Shown here: positions 1 through 10,451 of the stretch, piece after piece
Position numbering within the stretch: the first letter of the stretch is position 1
How the letters are laid out: each line of letters begins with the position of its first letter
Origin: an uncultured Verrucomicrobiae bacterium
GTDB lineage: Bacteria > Verrucomicrobiota > Verrucomicrobiia > Chthoniobacterales > Chthoniobacteraceae
NCBI GenBank assembly: GCA_963828525.1
Contig: CAWHEP010000011.1
Span: forward strand, 32,001 to 96,000
DNA: 64,000 nucleotides
Direction: 5' to 3'
The notes under the pieces: generated by a model
Told to the model about the DNA's origin: nothing
The model's database searches: none
What the model saw: the letters and a program-made list of their open reading frames with translations, nothing else
Program-made: the position numbers and the translations under genes

Positions 1-1
1 C

Positions 2-745
2 CTTCCGGAAGATTGTATTATTCTCGTTCCCGTTACTGATCGGGAAGCCGTGCGGCATATGGCTGCGATGGACGAGTACATTGATCTCATTGTGCCAAGA
101 GGAGGGCGCGCGCTCATCGAAGCCGTCGTGGCGCACGCGCGCATGCCGGTGATCAAGCATTACCACGGCGTCTGCATAGCGTATGTGGACAAGGACGCGG
201 ATATCGAAATGGCGCGCAGCATTGTGATGAATGGGAAAACGCAGCGCCCTGGAGTCTGCAATGCCCTTGAGACCGTGCTCGTGCATCGCGACATCGCGCC
301 GCGCTTTTTCGAGGAAGTCGGCAAAGAGCTTCTCCACGAAGGAGTGGAGATTCGTGGAGACGCGGAAGCGATGCGGCTGGGCGGCCCGGCCATAAAGCCC
401 GCCACAGAGCAGGACTGGACGACCGAGTATCTGGACATGATCATTGCCGCCCGGGTCGTGGGTAGCCTCGAAGACGCAATGGATCATATCGCGAGATATG
501 GGTCACATCACAGCGACTGCATCGTGACCGCTCGCGAGCAAACGGCTGAACGATTTCTGACCGGGGTGGATTCCGCCACTGTGTATTGGAATGCCTCAAC
601 GCGCTTTACGGATGGAGGCGAGTTTGGTTTCGGCGCCGAGATCGGGATCAGCACGGACAAATTGCACGCGCGCGGGCCAATGGGCCTGGAGGAACTTACG
701 ACCTACAAGTATATCATCCGCGGTACCGGCCAGGTAAGAGAATAG
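2..745 (+). CDS. proA: Gamma-glutamyl phosphate reductase (5' truncated by window edge)
   Basis: IVPRGG, KTQRPGVCNALET, NASTRFTDGGEFGFGAEIGISTDKLHARGPMGLEELT signature; frame is open from position 2. Confidence 0.97.
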   Translation, partial: LPEDCIILVPVTDREAVRHMAAMDEYIDLIVPRGGRALIEAVVAHARMPVIKHYHGVCIAYVDKDADIEMARSIVMNGKTQRPGVCNALETVLVHRDIAPRFFEEVGKELLHEGVEIRGDAEAMRLGGPAIKPATEQDWTTEYLDMIIAARVVGSLEDAMDHIARYGSHHSDCIVTAREQTAERFLTGVDSATVYWNASTRFTDGGEFGFGAEIGISTDKLHARGPMGLEELTTYKYIIRGTGQVRE

Positions 746-822
746 ACGCAAACCTGGTTTAGGCGATCCTGCTCGCAATCTCCCGGCCAGCCCCTATAGA
801 TGGTCTGCGGAAACCCTTACTT

Positions 823-3093
823 ATGAAAAATTTTCAACTCATTCCCCCGATTCGCCTTGCCGCGCCCTTGCTTATGATGGGCCTGCTGGCTTCCTGTGAA
901 AAAACCGCTTCGGTAACCAGCGACAGCAGCACTCCGGCGCCAGCCCAGGCACAAGCCGGCCTGGACGATTCGTTCGGGTTTATGAGTCAAACTCCCGCGA
1001 ATGTGGAGGCTTACGTGGGCTGTTATCACGCGGGCAAGACGTGGCAGGATGTTGTTCACAGCAAGGCATTTGCCAACCTGCGTTCGAACGCGCTCACGAG
1101 GAAAGCGGTGGCTGCCGCGCAGATGGGTTTGGCTCTCGCCGACCAATTCAGGCATCTCTACGCGCCCATGACGTCCGGGTCCACAGCCGTGGCGAGCGCT
1201 ACTGCCAGTCCCGCGGTTGTTGCGGCCGGCATCCTGTCAGATCCCCGTTGGGCAGGGTTGAAACACATTCTCGGCGATGCGTTGGGGAACGAATTCTTCC
1301 TGAGTTTCGCCGAAGGCGCCACATCGAAACTTGAGACCTGGCAGGCCTTTCAGAAGGAGACGCGGCTTCTACAGTTCAAAGGTCAAATCGCGAGCCTCAC
1401 CGGGTCCAACGGTAAATCGGGAATGTGGACGGCGGATGCCTTACCGCAACTGGCGCCTTATCTGAAGACCCTGGAGGTCCCTCCCACCGTGCTTGGATTC
1501 AAGGTGCTCACCCAGAAGGTGGCGATCCAGCAACAAATCGATTCCCTTGAGGCAAAGCTTCCCGCCACTGTGATAAAGGCCGCGTTTGATGTTGCAGGAA
1601 AGCCCTTTAAGTCGTGGACGTTTGTGGCAGGCAGTCTGGTTCCCGCTGAGTTGCAAGGGAAGTGGCGCGCGGCGCTTGAGAAGGAAGTCGGCGACAAGGC
1701 TGTCGCGGATGGCTACTTCGACGCGCTGGCGGCGCGCAAGCTTGAGGTCGCTTTCGGCTACATCGGCGACTACCTCCTCGTTTCTATCGGAACGGATCAC
1801 GCGCACCTGAAAGTCGCGGCGTCGCGAGGCGAGTCACTCCTGCACATCCCTGAGATGAGCGTTCTGAAACCGTACGCTTCGGAGTCGATCTTCACGACAG
1901 CGTGGACAAGCCAGAAATGCCTGGACATCTATTATCAGAATACGCGCGTGGAGCTGCTCCCCTTCTTCGAAGAAGCGCGGCCTTCTGTCGACGCGTATCT
2001 TTCGCCCGAAGGATCACTGCGTCTCGAGTCAGACCTTCGCAGGCTGGACGAGAAGGCGAAGAACCTGTTCAAGCCCAGCAAAATACAGGCTCAGGTGGCG
2101 GTGAGTTTCTGGAAGGATGGTCTCCACAGCGAAGCGTATGGAGGAGTGATGTTTGCCGGCCTGAATTCTCAACATCCTTTGCGATTCGAAGCGACCGATA
2201 CGGCGTCATCCTTCTTTTGGGCTGGCAAGCAGGCGGACCCAGCCTTTTCCGCCGCCCTGGTCGACTGGGTTGAGGATCTTACCAGCAGCCTGTTTGGGGT
2301 TTACCACACCGCGATCCTTCCCAAGCTGCCTGACGCGCAGCGCATGCAATACTCCATGGTGGAGGGGCTTGTCCTTCCAAAGCTGACTGCGCTTTACCAG
2401 ATTACCCGTGATCAACTTTTAAAGAGCCTTGGCACCGAAGCCGCCGTGAGCGTGGATCTGAATGGGGCGATGCCAGCGATGCCGCTTGTGCCTTTGCCCG
2501 TGCAGCAGGGCGGCAGGATGCCGCGCGTGGCGCTCCTCAGAAACGTGAACGATCCCAAGCTTCTCTCGCAGAGTTGGACCAGCTACTTCAATCTCGCGCA
2601 AGAGATCAGCATGATGCTGCCGCCGACCATGCAGATGCAAGGGGGACTCGCGCAGCCGAAAAGCAAACCCGCAGCCGGAGGAACAACCTACTTCTACTCG
2701 CTGCCCATGGAAACTGGTGACCTCCTCCCGAATATCACCATTTCCAGCACGCACGACTTAATCGCAAGCACTTCGCTGAGTTACGCGTCCGAAGTGGACG
2801 GGCTTCTTTCCAAGGCTCTGGCGACCGATTCCCTCCCTTCCGCCCTTAAGATCGATATTCACATGACCGCTCTCTTTGACTTCGCGGAAAAGTGGATCGG
2901 AGTGGCGAGCCAGAACACCGACACGTTCTTCAAGGGAGATCCATCCGCCGCGGCCCGTTTCAAAAGAAACGAGATTGCGATAACCGGCCTTCTCAAGAGT
3001 CTGCGCGCCTTCCAGGGGATGGAGGGGCGGCTCTACGAAGAGAATGGTGGCATTCGCTTTTCCTCGGTGTTGCATGTCCACGACATACAGTGA
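823..3093 (+). CDS. Large hypothetical lipoprotein (756 aa)
   Basis: Long ORF; hydrophobic N-terminus ending in lipobox-like LLAS-C, then an S/T/P/A linker. Confidence 0.8.
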   Translation: MKNFQLIPPIRLAAPLLMMGLLASCEKTASVTSDSSTPAPAQAQAGLDDSFGFMSQTPANVEAYVGCYHAGKTWQDVVHSKAFANLRSNALTRKAVAAAQMGLALADQFRHLYAPMTSGSTAVASATASPAVVAAGILSDPRWAGLKHILGDALGNEFFLSFAEGATSKLETWQAFQKETRLLQFKGQIASLTGSNGKSGMWTADALPQLAPYLKTLEVPPTVLGFKVLTQKVAIQQQIDSLEAKLPATVIKAAFDVAGKPFKSWTFVAGSLVPAELQGKWRAALEKEVGDKAVADGYFDALAARKLEVAFGYIGDYLLVSIGTDHAHLKVAASRGESLLHIPEMSVLKPYASESIFTTAWTSQKCLDIYYQNTRVELLPFFEEARPSVDAYLSPEGSLRLESDLRRLDEKAKNLFKPSKIQAQVAVSFWKDGLHSEAYGGVMFAGLNSQHPLRFEATDTASSFFWAGKQADPAFSAALVDWVEDLTSSLFGVYHTAILPKLPDAQRMQYSMVEGLVLPKLTALYQITRDQLLKSLGTEAAVSVDLNGAMPAMPLVPLPVQQGGRMPRVALLRNVNDPKLLSQSWTSYFNLAQEISMMLPPTMQMQGGLAQPKSKPAAGGTTYFYSLPMETGDLLPNITISSTHDLIASTSLSYASEVDGLLSKALATDSLPSALKIDIHMTALFDFAEKWIGVASQNTDTFFKGDPSAAARFKRNEIAITGLLKSLRAFQGMEGRLYEENGGIRFSSVLHVHDIQ

Positions 3094-3120
3094 CCGGCAA
3101 CGTCACTGATCCGTGATCGC

Positions 3121-3918
3121 ATGCGGAAGCTCGACGAAGTCCAGGAAGCAGCGCGCGCGCAATTCTCGCGGCAAAGTCGCCATTATGGGCAGAGCCACAT
3201 CCTTGAAAATGTGGATGATGTTCGGGCGGCGCTCTCTCACCTTGCGCTGCCCACCGCCTGCCGCGTTTTGGATGTCGCGGCGGGAGCTGGTCATACGGGC
3301 CTGTGCCTCGCGGCGCTCGGCCATGATGTCACGCTTGCGGATATCGCCGCGCCCATGTTGGAAAGAGTGCGTGAGAGTGCCGCCGCGCGTGGCCTCGAGG
3401 TCACGACGAATCAGCATGCAGCAGAGGAATTGCCATACCCGGACGCGTCTTTCGATTTGGTGACGTGCCGCGTAGCCGCTCATCACTTTAGCGATACAGG
3501 CGCGTTTTTTGCTGAGGCTGCCCGTGTTCTAAGACCCTGCGGATCGTTCCTTCTGATCGACGGCGCGGCGCCGGACGGAGAGCCAGAAGCAGAAGAATGG
3601 ATCCATAGTATCGAAAAGCATCGTGACCCCAGTCACAACCGTCTGCTCACGCCTCAGCGAGCAGCAGGTTTGTGCCAGCAGAGCGGTCTTCAGGTCCTGA
3701 GAACGGAGATCACCGAGTTCAAGCAACCTGATCTTGAATGGTATTTCGAGACTGCCGCAACTTCGCAGGAAAACAGATCCGCGGTTCGACGCCTTGTTGC
3801 CGAAGCGCCCGCCTCCGCGCGGCGCGTCTTTCGCGTCGCGGAGGAGGACGGCAAAATAGTCTGGTGGTGGAAGAGGCTGACGCTTCTCGCCACCAAATCG
3901 GGCCGTCTTTCCGGCTAG
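3121..3918 (+). CDS. Class I SAM-dependent methyltransferase (UbiE/Methyltransf_11-like)
   Basis: VLDVAAGAGH motif I, AEELPYPDASFDLVTCRVAAHHF, RVLRPCG. Confidence 0.93.
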   Translation: MRKLDEVQEAARAQFSRQSRHYGQSHILENVDDVRAALSHLALPTACRVLDVAAGAGHTGLCLAALGHDVTLADIAAPMLERVRESAAARGLEVTTNQHAAEELPYPDASFDLVTCRVAAHHFSDTGAFFAEAARVLRPCGSFLLIDGAAPDGEPEAEEWIHSIEKHRDPSHNRLLTPQRAAGLCQQSGLQVLRTEITEFKQPDLEWYFETAATSQENRSAVRRLVAEAPASARRVFRVAEEDGKIVWWWKRLTLLATKSGRLSG

Positions 3919-4064
3919 ATGCCGCGGCGGCCGCCGATAACCTGCAGAAGGAGAACTACGACAGCGACGATCAACAGGATGTGGATGTAAGCGCCGATCG
4001 CGTGGAAGCTAACCAGACCAACGAGCCAAAGAACCATTAGAATAACGAAGATTGTCCAGAGCAT
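3915..4064 (-). CDS. Small membrane protein, lmo0937/DUF5670 family (49 aa)
   Basis: Translated by hand (below ORF-track cutoff): MLWTIFVILMVLWLVGLVSFHAIGAYIHILLIVAVVVLLLQVIGGRRGI*. Confidence 0.88.
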   Translation of the reverse strand: MLWTIFVILMVLWLVGLVSFHAIGAYIHILLIVAVVVLLLQVIGGRRGI

Positions 4065-4172
4065 ATAAGTAGGGGTGTTTACTTACGAATCGGACGCGCC
4101 GCTGCAATGAGCGCCTGGGTCCTTAAGTTTTCCGAAGAATTACGGACCCCCTTAAAGTCGACTCGCGCTCCG

Positions 4173-5021
4173 TTAAGAAGTGACCTTCTTCGCGATCTTC
4201 TCGCGGCCTCTCTCCAGAATTTTCTTCTCAGCCCGTGTGAGGCTGTGAATCCCTTCTCTGGAAATCTTGTCAAGGACAGGATCGATCTCCTGGCTGATAA
4301 ACTGGGCCGGGCTCATCCGCGCGAACCGTTCAGCGCGCTGGCGGCGTTTGAAGATATATTTTTGGATAAACAGCGGGTTTCCGTATCCCAGTTGTTTGAT
4401 GTAAACCCACCCGAGCAAGCAGCCAGCGAGATGCGCCAGATGAGAGGTCGTTCCCAAAGTGGGGCTGAAGAATACCAGGAACAAAGAAACCAGAGTAAGG
4501 CCCGCGGCAAAGAATTTGGCTTTCAGGCGCAACGGCAGGACGAAAAAAATCCATGCCGTCAACTCCATCTCTGGCAGGATCGTCGTAAAAGCGATGACTA
4601 CCGCGCACACCCCCGCGGAGGCTCCCATGAGCGGCACCGCCGGGCCCCACAGGAGGTGAGCGATGCCTCCAGCCAACCCTCCTCCGAAATAGATTGCGAG
4701 CAGATGCCGTGATCCGATGAGAGACTCAACCTCGCGCGCGGCAAAGTAGAGAGAGGCCATGTTCACGAAGAGGTGAAGCGGTCCCTGATGAAGGAACATG
4801 TAGGTGATGAGCTGCCACCCATACCAATGACGCAGCAGGGAGTCCCGGCTCAAGGCCAGCAGGTTTTCCAGCTCGGCGGCGCCAGGTTCTCCCGCAAGGA
4901 ATCGAACGCAATACTGAGCGATGAACAGACCCGCAGTTGCTCCAATGAGGATGGTGGAAGCAGCCGGACGACCGCTTGACCAACCCCGCGCAAAGATTTG
5001 AACCTGTCTTGGAGATCGCAT
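4173..5021 (-). CDS. Rhomboid family intramembrane serine protease with C-terminal DUF6576-like tail
   Basis: WQLITYMFLH, HLFVNM, catalytic GASAG and HLAG; C-terminal IDPVLDKISREGIHSLT. Confidence 0.93.
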   Translation of the reverse strand: MRSPRQVQIFARGWSSGRPAASTILIGATAGLFIAQYCVRFLAGEPGAAELENLLALSRDSLLRHWYGWQLITYMFLHQGPLHLFVNMASLYFAAREVESLIGSRHLLAIYFGGGLAGGIAHLLWGPAVPLMGASAGVCAVVIAFTTILPEMELTAWIFFVLPLRLKAKFFAAGLTLVSLFLVFFSPTLGTTSHLAHLAGCLLGWVYIKQLGYGNPLFIQKYIFKRRQRAERFARMSPAQFISQEIDPVLDKISREGIHSLTRAEKKILERGREKIAKKVTS

Positions 5022-5091
5022 CAGGTGGAGGCAGAATCCCGAGGCAAGATTATTCTACGCCAGCGCTTTTGTCGAATCGCATTTGCGCGTT

Positions 5092-5952
5092 TCAACCCTT
5101 GCAGATCACCTTCAGTTTGCGATGCGAAATTCGGAATATGACGGGGAGATTGTCGATCACTTCTCCATCCACCTCCACCGGCACCTTTTGCTCGCTCCGG
5201 ATCGACGCTTTGGCAGTCTGGAAGTATTCCACATCGGGAAGGGTAATATGGGTGCCGAATATCACGCCGTTCAGGTAGCGAACAATATCCAGATACCCAA
5301 GGTTCTTGAAGATTAATACGTCCAGCTTGCCGTCATCGATGCAAGCCTCCTTGAAGATGGTGAAGGGGCCGCCGTAGAAGCGGCCATTCCCGATCAGAAC
5401 AAACGAGCCTTCTGTCTCTTTGCCATCGGCCTCGACGACGAGCTTGGGAGGCTTGCGAGCGGCTATCTGCGCGGCGGAGATGACATAGCTTAACGGGCCA
5501 AAGTTCTTCCGGAAGTTCCAGCTCGTCTCCTGCACGACCTGGGCGTCCAATCCGACACCCGCCAACTGCACGAAATAGTGCCGGTTCGCGCGCGGCAAAT
5601 CTACAGCGCGAGTATGGCCCGCTTGTATGATCTCCCAGCATTTGCGCAGGTTGCCCAGGGGCAGGCCGAGTTCCGCCGCAAACACGTTCATCGTTCCGAT
5701 TGGCAGAATGCCCAGGGATACATCCGAGCCGGCAATCCCATTCACCACTTCGTTTATGGTGCCATCGCCTCCGGCTGCCACTACTTTCGAGAACCCCTCG
5801 TCCACAGCGCGCCGCGCGAGGTCACGCGCGTGCCCGCGAGACAGGGAAAGGCTGACGTAAGCGCCCAGTGCCATGCGCTCGATCTTTTCCGTCATCGACT
5901 TCGCCTTCTCTCCGCGAGCGGCGGGGTTTAGAATGACGACTGTCTTGTTCAT
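5092..5952 (-). CDS. Diacylglycerol/lipid kinase family protein (YegS/DAGK)
   Basis: ILNPAA, AAGGDGTINEV, LPIGTMNVFA, GNGRFYGG, VDGE. Confidence 0.95.
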   Translation of the reverse strand: MNKTVVILNPAARGEKAKSMTEKIERMALGAYVSLSLSRGHARDLARRAVDEGFSKVVAAGGDGTINEVVNGIAGSDVSLGILPIGTMNVFAAELGLPLGNLRKCWEIIQAGHTRAVDLPRANRHYFVQLAGVGLDAQVVQETSWNFRKNFGPLSYVISAAQIAARKPPKLVVEADGKETEGSFVLIGNGRFYGGPFTIFKEACIDDGKLDVLIFKNLGYLDIVRYLNGVIFGTHITLPDVEYFQTAKASIRSEQKVPVEVDGEVIDNLPVIFRISHRKLKVICKG

Positions 5953-6002
5953 CTGAGCGCCTTCGGACTTTCCTTTCGGCTTCGGGCCGTTACTTTGGCA
6001 GC

Positions 6003-7514
6003 GTGCATAAAGTTGCCAAGGCTATTCTCGTCGCGGGCTGCATCCTCGCGGCCCTGGTGACCGTGGGAATGCTCTGCGTAAACTTGTACGTTCAATCCTC
6101 CGGAGTTCAGATCCGCATCGCGAAGGCGATGGGGGAAGCAGCTCACCTCGAGATCAAATTAACGGGAGCGAATTTCACCCCTTGGAGCGGCCTCAGGCTT
6201 ACCGGACTTGAAGCGCCGCAGCCTGATCCGTCCCACCCGGGCGACTTTTTCCAAGCTCCGGAGATTCACGCTCGCATCGCTCTCCTGCCGCTGTTGCGCC
6301 GCAGGTGCGTAGTGAAGGAACTTGCGGTGGTTGATTCGGCTGTGACGTGGTACCAAGACGAGAATGGGAGCTGGCAGCTGCCCGCGGCGCAGGCTCCACA
6401 GCCTGCCGAGGCGCCGGTTATTGTCTCAGCGTCGCCTCCTTCGCCCACCGTCCCCGCAGCGCCTCCGAACGTCGCGCCTTCGGTGTCCGCGCCCCCCTTC
6501 AGGCTCGCTGTGGATCACTTCCGATTGAAGCGGGGGGCGCTGGAATTTCTCGACCATGGCGGGCGCTCCGTGGCGGCGTTCTCCGGTGTGTATGTCGATT
6601 GCCCAAACCCGAGAGCAGACTTTGTCACCGGGAAAGCGAGGGTCAGCGAGGCCTCCATCCGCGACTTCCTGAAGCTGCGCGATCTGAGCGCCACGTTCAG
6701 CTTCGACAAGGGCAATTTGCTCTTGCCTGCCTGGGACGCCCATCTCGCGCAGGGACGAATTGCCGGATCCTTCCAGATGCGCGCCGCTGTTGCTGAATCC
6801 CCGTTTTCGGCGGAGGCGCGCTTTGATAACGTCGAAGTCGCCCGAGTTATTCCTCCGAGATTCCAGTCAATGGTATCGGCGCAGGGTTTTCTCGATGGGT
6901 TCCTTTCTGTGTCTGGCAATGCCAAGCGCCAGGAATCCATCCTGGGAAAGGGGCGTGTTACGCTCCGTTCCGGCAGGGTCAGGTATCCACTGTTCCAGAC
7001 TCTGGGCGACCTGTTGCGGATCGACGAACTCTCAGAACTCGATCTGGATCGCGCGGAGCTCGACTACCACTTGGCCGACGGCAAGTTGATCGTGGATGAA
7101 TTGCTCCTGGGATCGCGAAATCTACAGGTATCCGCGAAGGGCAAAGTGCGGTTTGACGGACAGTTGGAGCTTGTGGCCCGGCTTACACTCGACCAAAAAG
7201 TGTTCGATAGACTCCCTTCTTTTGTAGCGGAAAATTTCGCGACCTCGGCGGGGGCCGGATCGCATTATCGGGACATTAACGTCACGGGGTCCGTTGCTTC
7301 GCCAAAAACGGATCTGGTGGAACGCGATGCCGGCAAGAAAATCAAACGAGAGATTGGTGATTTGCTCCGCAATGTATTCGGCGCCAGGCGCAAGGAGGAT
7401 AAGCGTCCGCCAGTCGTTCACGCTCCCGCGCTTCCGACCTTCATAGAGCCAATACCTGCCAGCTCGGCAAGTCGTTCGCCTTTTCCCCCAGGAGCCGGGA
7501 GCGGATCGGAGTGA
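6003..7514 (+). CDS. AsmA family protein
   Basis: N-terminal TM anchor, IALLPLLRR..VKEL, repetitive beta-taco-like strands, C-terminal VTGSVASPK. Confidence 0.75.
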   Translation: MHKVAKAILVAGCILAALVTVGMLCVNLYVQSSGVQIRIAKAMGEAAHLEIKLTGANFTPWSGLRLTGLEAPQPDPSHPGDFFQAPEIHARIALLPLLRRRCVVKELAVVDSAVTWYQDENGSWQLPAAQAPQPAEAPVIVSASPPSPTVPAAPPNVAPSVSAPPFRLAVDHFRLKRGALEFLDHGGRSVAAFSGVYVDCPNPRADFVTGKARVSEASIRDFLKLRDLSATFSFDKGNLLLPAWDAHLAQGRIAGSFQMRAAVAESPFSAEARFDNVEVARVIPPRFQSMVSAQGFLDGFLSVSGNAKRQESILGKGRVTLRSGRVRYPLFQTLGDLLRIDELSELDLDRAELDYHLADGKLIVDELLLGSRNLQVSAKGKVRFDGQLELVARLTLDQKVFDRLPSFVAENFATSAGAGSHYRDINVTGSVASPKTDLVERDAGKKIKREIGDLLRNVFGARRKEDKRPPVVHAPALPTFIEPIPASSASRSPFPPGAGSGSE

Positions 7515-8068
7515 GGGTGGTGGCAGGGTCGGCGGGTGGCATCAGGATTGACTCCCCCCGCCCTGAAACGCGGCCCACGATGGATAAAGTGAAAGCCGCC
7601 ATCTTCTCGAGCTTGGGAGATTTCATTCAGGGGGCGCGGGTTTTGGACCTTTTCGCTGGAAGCGGGGGTCTTGGAATCGAAGCGCTTAGCAGGGGGTGCG
7701 CATCGGCCACATTTGTGGATGAGGACGCGCGAGCGGTCGACGCGGTGAAGTCAAATCTCGGCAAGGCCCGCCTGGAAGGGGTTGTCGTTCGAGCGGATGT
7801 TTTTGGCTTCCTTGCGAAGCAGGCGGAGTTGCCTCCTTACGACCTGGTCTTTGCGGACCCTCCCTACGCCCGCTTGGCCGCCGCTCGCGACTATGCGGCC
7901 GAGTTGCTTCACGATTCATCACTTCCAGGCTGTGTCACGGATGAAGGCCTTTTTGTTCTTGAGCGAATCTGGAGGAAGGAGCCAGCGGCACACGTGAACT
8001 GGCATGTAACCAAATCAAAAAAGTACGGGGAGACGGAGGTTATCTTTCTCCGCAGGAACGCCCGCTGA
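7511..8068 (+). CDS. rsmD: 16S rRNA (guanine966-N2)-methyltransferase
   Basis: MRVVAGS, TRPT.DKVK, VLDLFAGSGGLGIEALSRG, DPPY, KKYG. Confidence 0.96.
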   Translation: MRVVAGSAGGIRIDSPRPETRPTMDKVKAAIFSSLGDFIQGARVLDLFAGSGGLGIEALSRGCASATFVDEDARAVDAVKSNLGKARLEGVVVRADVFGFLAKQAELPPYDLVFADPPYARLAAARDYAAELLHDSSLPGCVTDEGLFVLERIWRKEPAAHVNWHVTKSKKYGETEVIFLRRNAR

Positions 8069-8071
8069 TCC

Positions 8072-9436
8072 GTGCGACAATCCCTGAAAAGGCTTCCGGG
8101 CGATGCCCGTTGCGCCCTGCTCCTCTACAACCTGTTCTTTCCGCTAGTCCTCGTGTGCCTTCTGCCGCGTTACCTGCTGAGGATGTTTCGCCGGGGAAAG
8201 TACAGTCATAAATTCGGACAGCGCTTCGGGGTGTATTCCGCCGAGGTTCGTCTCCGGCTCGGATCGGCGGAAAAGGTGTGGATTCACGCCGTCAGCGTCG
8301 GGGAAGTATTAATCGCGCAAAAGCTGGCGCGCGAGCTTCACCGGTTGCGCGAAGATCTGGTGGTTATCCTCTCCACCACAACATCAACGGGTTTCGAAGT
8401 TGCGAACTCTTCTGCTCCGGGGTGGATGGAAGTGATCTATAATCCCATCGACTTCCCCCTTTTTGTTGGGAGAGCTCTCGAGGCGGTGAGGCCCAGGGCA
8501 TTGATCCTGGTGGAGGCAGAAGTCTGGCCCAACCTGGTCTCGCAGGCCCATTCAAGGGGCGTATACGTTTCGCTGGTAAACGCCAGGTTGTCGCCACGTT
8601 CAGAAGGTCGTTTCAGGAAGGCGCGCGTGTTTACAGGTCCCTTCTTTCGCCTTTTGGACAGTATTTGCGTGCAGGAGGAGGAGGACGTCGACAGGTGGCA
8701 GGCGCTGGGTGTCGCGCGTTCCAGGATCCATCCGACCGGGAGCATAAAGTTCGATCACGTTCCGGACACGGACAGCCGCGAGGAGGAGTTTCGCTCGTTG
8801 ATTGGGCGGCTCGCCGTGGATCGCTCGCGCCTAATCCTCCTTGCCGGGAGCACCCACCCTGGAGAAGAAACGATTCTTGGCCGGGTTTTCCAAAGGTTAA
8901 AAGCGCGTTTTCCCGAGCTTTTCCTGGTCGTCGTTCCGCGTCATGTCGAGAGAACCTCGTCTGTGGAAGAGGGCCTGCGATCGCTTGGTTTGTCACCCGC
9001 CCTGCGGACAAGCCTCGAACAGGTTCAAGACCAGTCAGCGGACTGCCTGATTGTTAATACCACGGGCGAACTCCGGCATTGGTATCATCTAGGTTCCGTC
9101 ATTTTCATCGGCAAAAGCTTGACCGGAACCGGTGGGCAAAATCCCGTCGAAGCCATTGCGGCAGGCAAGCCGGTTGTTTTCGGGCCGCGCATGGAGAATT
9201 TCGGGGCAATCGTGCAACTCCTCCTTCGGAACGAAGGGGCTGTCCAGGTTTCCAGCGAGGCAGAACTGGAGGAGCAACTCGGGCTGTTATTTGCTAATGA
9301 ACCTTTGCGCAATGAAATGGCGGAGAATGGCCGGACTACTCTTGCCCGGCATCAGGGAGCAACGACGAGAACGGTGGAATTGCTGCGACCTGTTCTGAGG
9401 CGTCCGTTGGACGGACAATCAAGCGTGAACCCCTGA
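8072..9436 (+). CDS. waaA: 3-deoxy-D-manno-octulosonic acid transferase
   Basis: WIHAVSVGE, EAEVWPN, NARLS, GSIKFD, AGSTHPGEE, VPRH, GGQNPVE. Confidence 0.96.
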   Translation: MRQSLKRLPGDARCALLLYNLFFPLVLVCLLPRYLLRMFRRGKYSHKFGQRFGVYSAEVRLRLGSAEKVWIHAVSVGEVLIAQKLARELHRLREDLVVILSTTTSTGFEVANSSAPGWMEVIYNPIDFPLFVGRALEAVRPRALILVEAEVWPNLVSQAHSRGVYVSLVNARLSPRSEGRFRKARVFTGPFFRLLDSICVQEEEDVDRWQALGVARSRIHPTGSIKFDHVPDTDSREEEFRSLIGRLAVDRSRLILLAGSTHPGEETILGRVFQRLKARFPELFLVVVPRHVERTSSVEEGLRSLGLSPALRTSLEQVQDQSADCLIVNTTGELRHWYHLGSVIFIGKSLTGTGGQNPVEAIAAGKPVVFGPRMENFGAIVQLLLRNEGAVQVSSEAELEEQLGLLFANEPLRNEMAENGRTTLARHQGATTRTVELLRPVLRRPLDGQSSVNP

Positions 9437-9451
9437 GGACACGACCCAGAG

Positions 9452-10381
9452 TCAAACCGCGGAAGCGGCTGGCGCTTCTCTCCCAGCGATCAACTCCGCA
9501 TGCTCTTTGGGTTCAATCTGTGATCCACATTGGGTGGAGTAAACCTGGGTGAATTCGGCCCCAAAAAGGAGAATCTGCCCAGAATAGTAAACCCAAAGCA
9601 ACGTGGTGATAAGACCGCTCGCGGCTCCATAAGCGCTTCCCGCGCTCCCGCTCCCGAGATAGATGCTGAGCGCCCATTTGCCGATCAGAAAGAGGAGAGT
9701 CGTCAGGCCAGCGCCGATCCACACGTCGTGCCACGCAATCTTTGCGTCGGGCAGGTATTTAAAAATGAGACCGAACAGCAGCGTCACAACGACGATGTCC
9801 AACACCAGGTTCAGCGACAACGGCAGGAGCTCTCCTCCCGGCAGATATGATTTCAGCTGGTCGCTGAAAAGATGAACCACGCTGGAGAGTGTCAACGAGA
9901 CCAGCAGCAGGAAGCAGACGCCCCCTACCATGGCGAATGAAAGGAACCGCGCGCGCAGGAATCCCCCTACGCCGCCGCCTGGCTTTGCTTTCACCCCCCA
10001 AATAGTATTCAACGCGTCTTGCAACTGTCCAAAAATACCGCTTGCTCCGACGAGAGCTATCAAGATCCCGAACACGGTGGAAAGAATTCCGGTTGAGGGT
10101 TTCGCGGCGTTGCTGGCAATGCCTTTCACCACATCCACTGTGCTTCGATCCAGAAAATACCCCAGTTGATGAGTAATCTTGTCTCTAGCGGCCTCGCTCC
10201 CTCCGTAGATGAAACCGAACACCGCAAGCAAAACAAGCATGAGTGGCGCGAGTGAAAAGACCGTGTAGTAAGCCAGCGCCGCTCCCAGGGTCGGGCACTT
10301 ATCGTCGCTCCACTTGGAAGCCGTGGCTTTCAATATGCCGATTGTTCCCAGGCGTGGCGGTGCGGATGTTGAAGTATTCAT
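9452..10381 (-). CDS. YihY/virulence factor BrkB family membrane protein
   Basis: GAALAYYTVFSLAP, ALNTIW, YGAASG..LLWVYYS.QILLFGAEF. Confidence 0.95.
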   Translation of the reverse strand: MNTSTSAPPRLGTIGILKATASKWSDDKCPTLGAALAYYTVFSLAPLMLVLLAVFGFIYGGSEAARDKITHQLGYFLDRSTVDVVKGIASNAAKPSTGILSTVFGILIALVGASGIFGQLQDALNTIWGVKAKPGGGVGGFLRARFLSFAMVGGVCFLLLVSLTLSSVVHLFSDQLKSYLPGGELLPLSLNLVLDIVVVTLLFGLIFKYLPDAKIAWHDVWIGAGLTTLLFLIGKWALSIYLGSGSAGSAYGAASGLITTLLWVYYSGQILLFGAEFTQVYSTQCGSQIEPKEHAELIAGREAPAASAV

Positions 10382-10451
10382 TAACGCGTCCCAAAAGTTC
10401 CCCGGCGCGAGCCGGAGATAGTTACGAACTCAGGCTTCGCGCGCGACGCGC

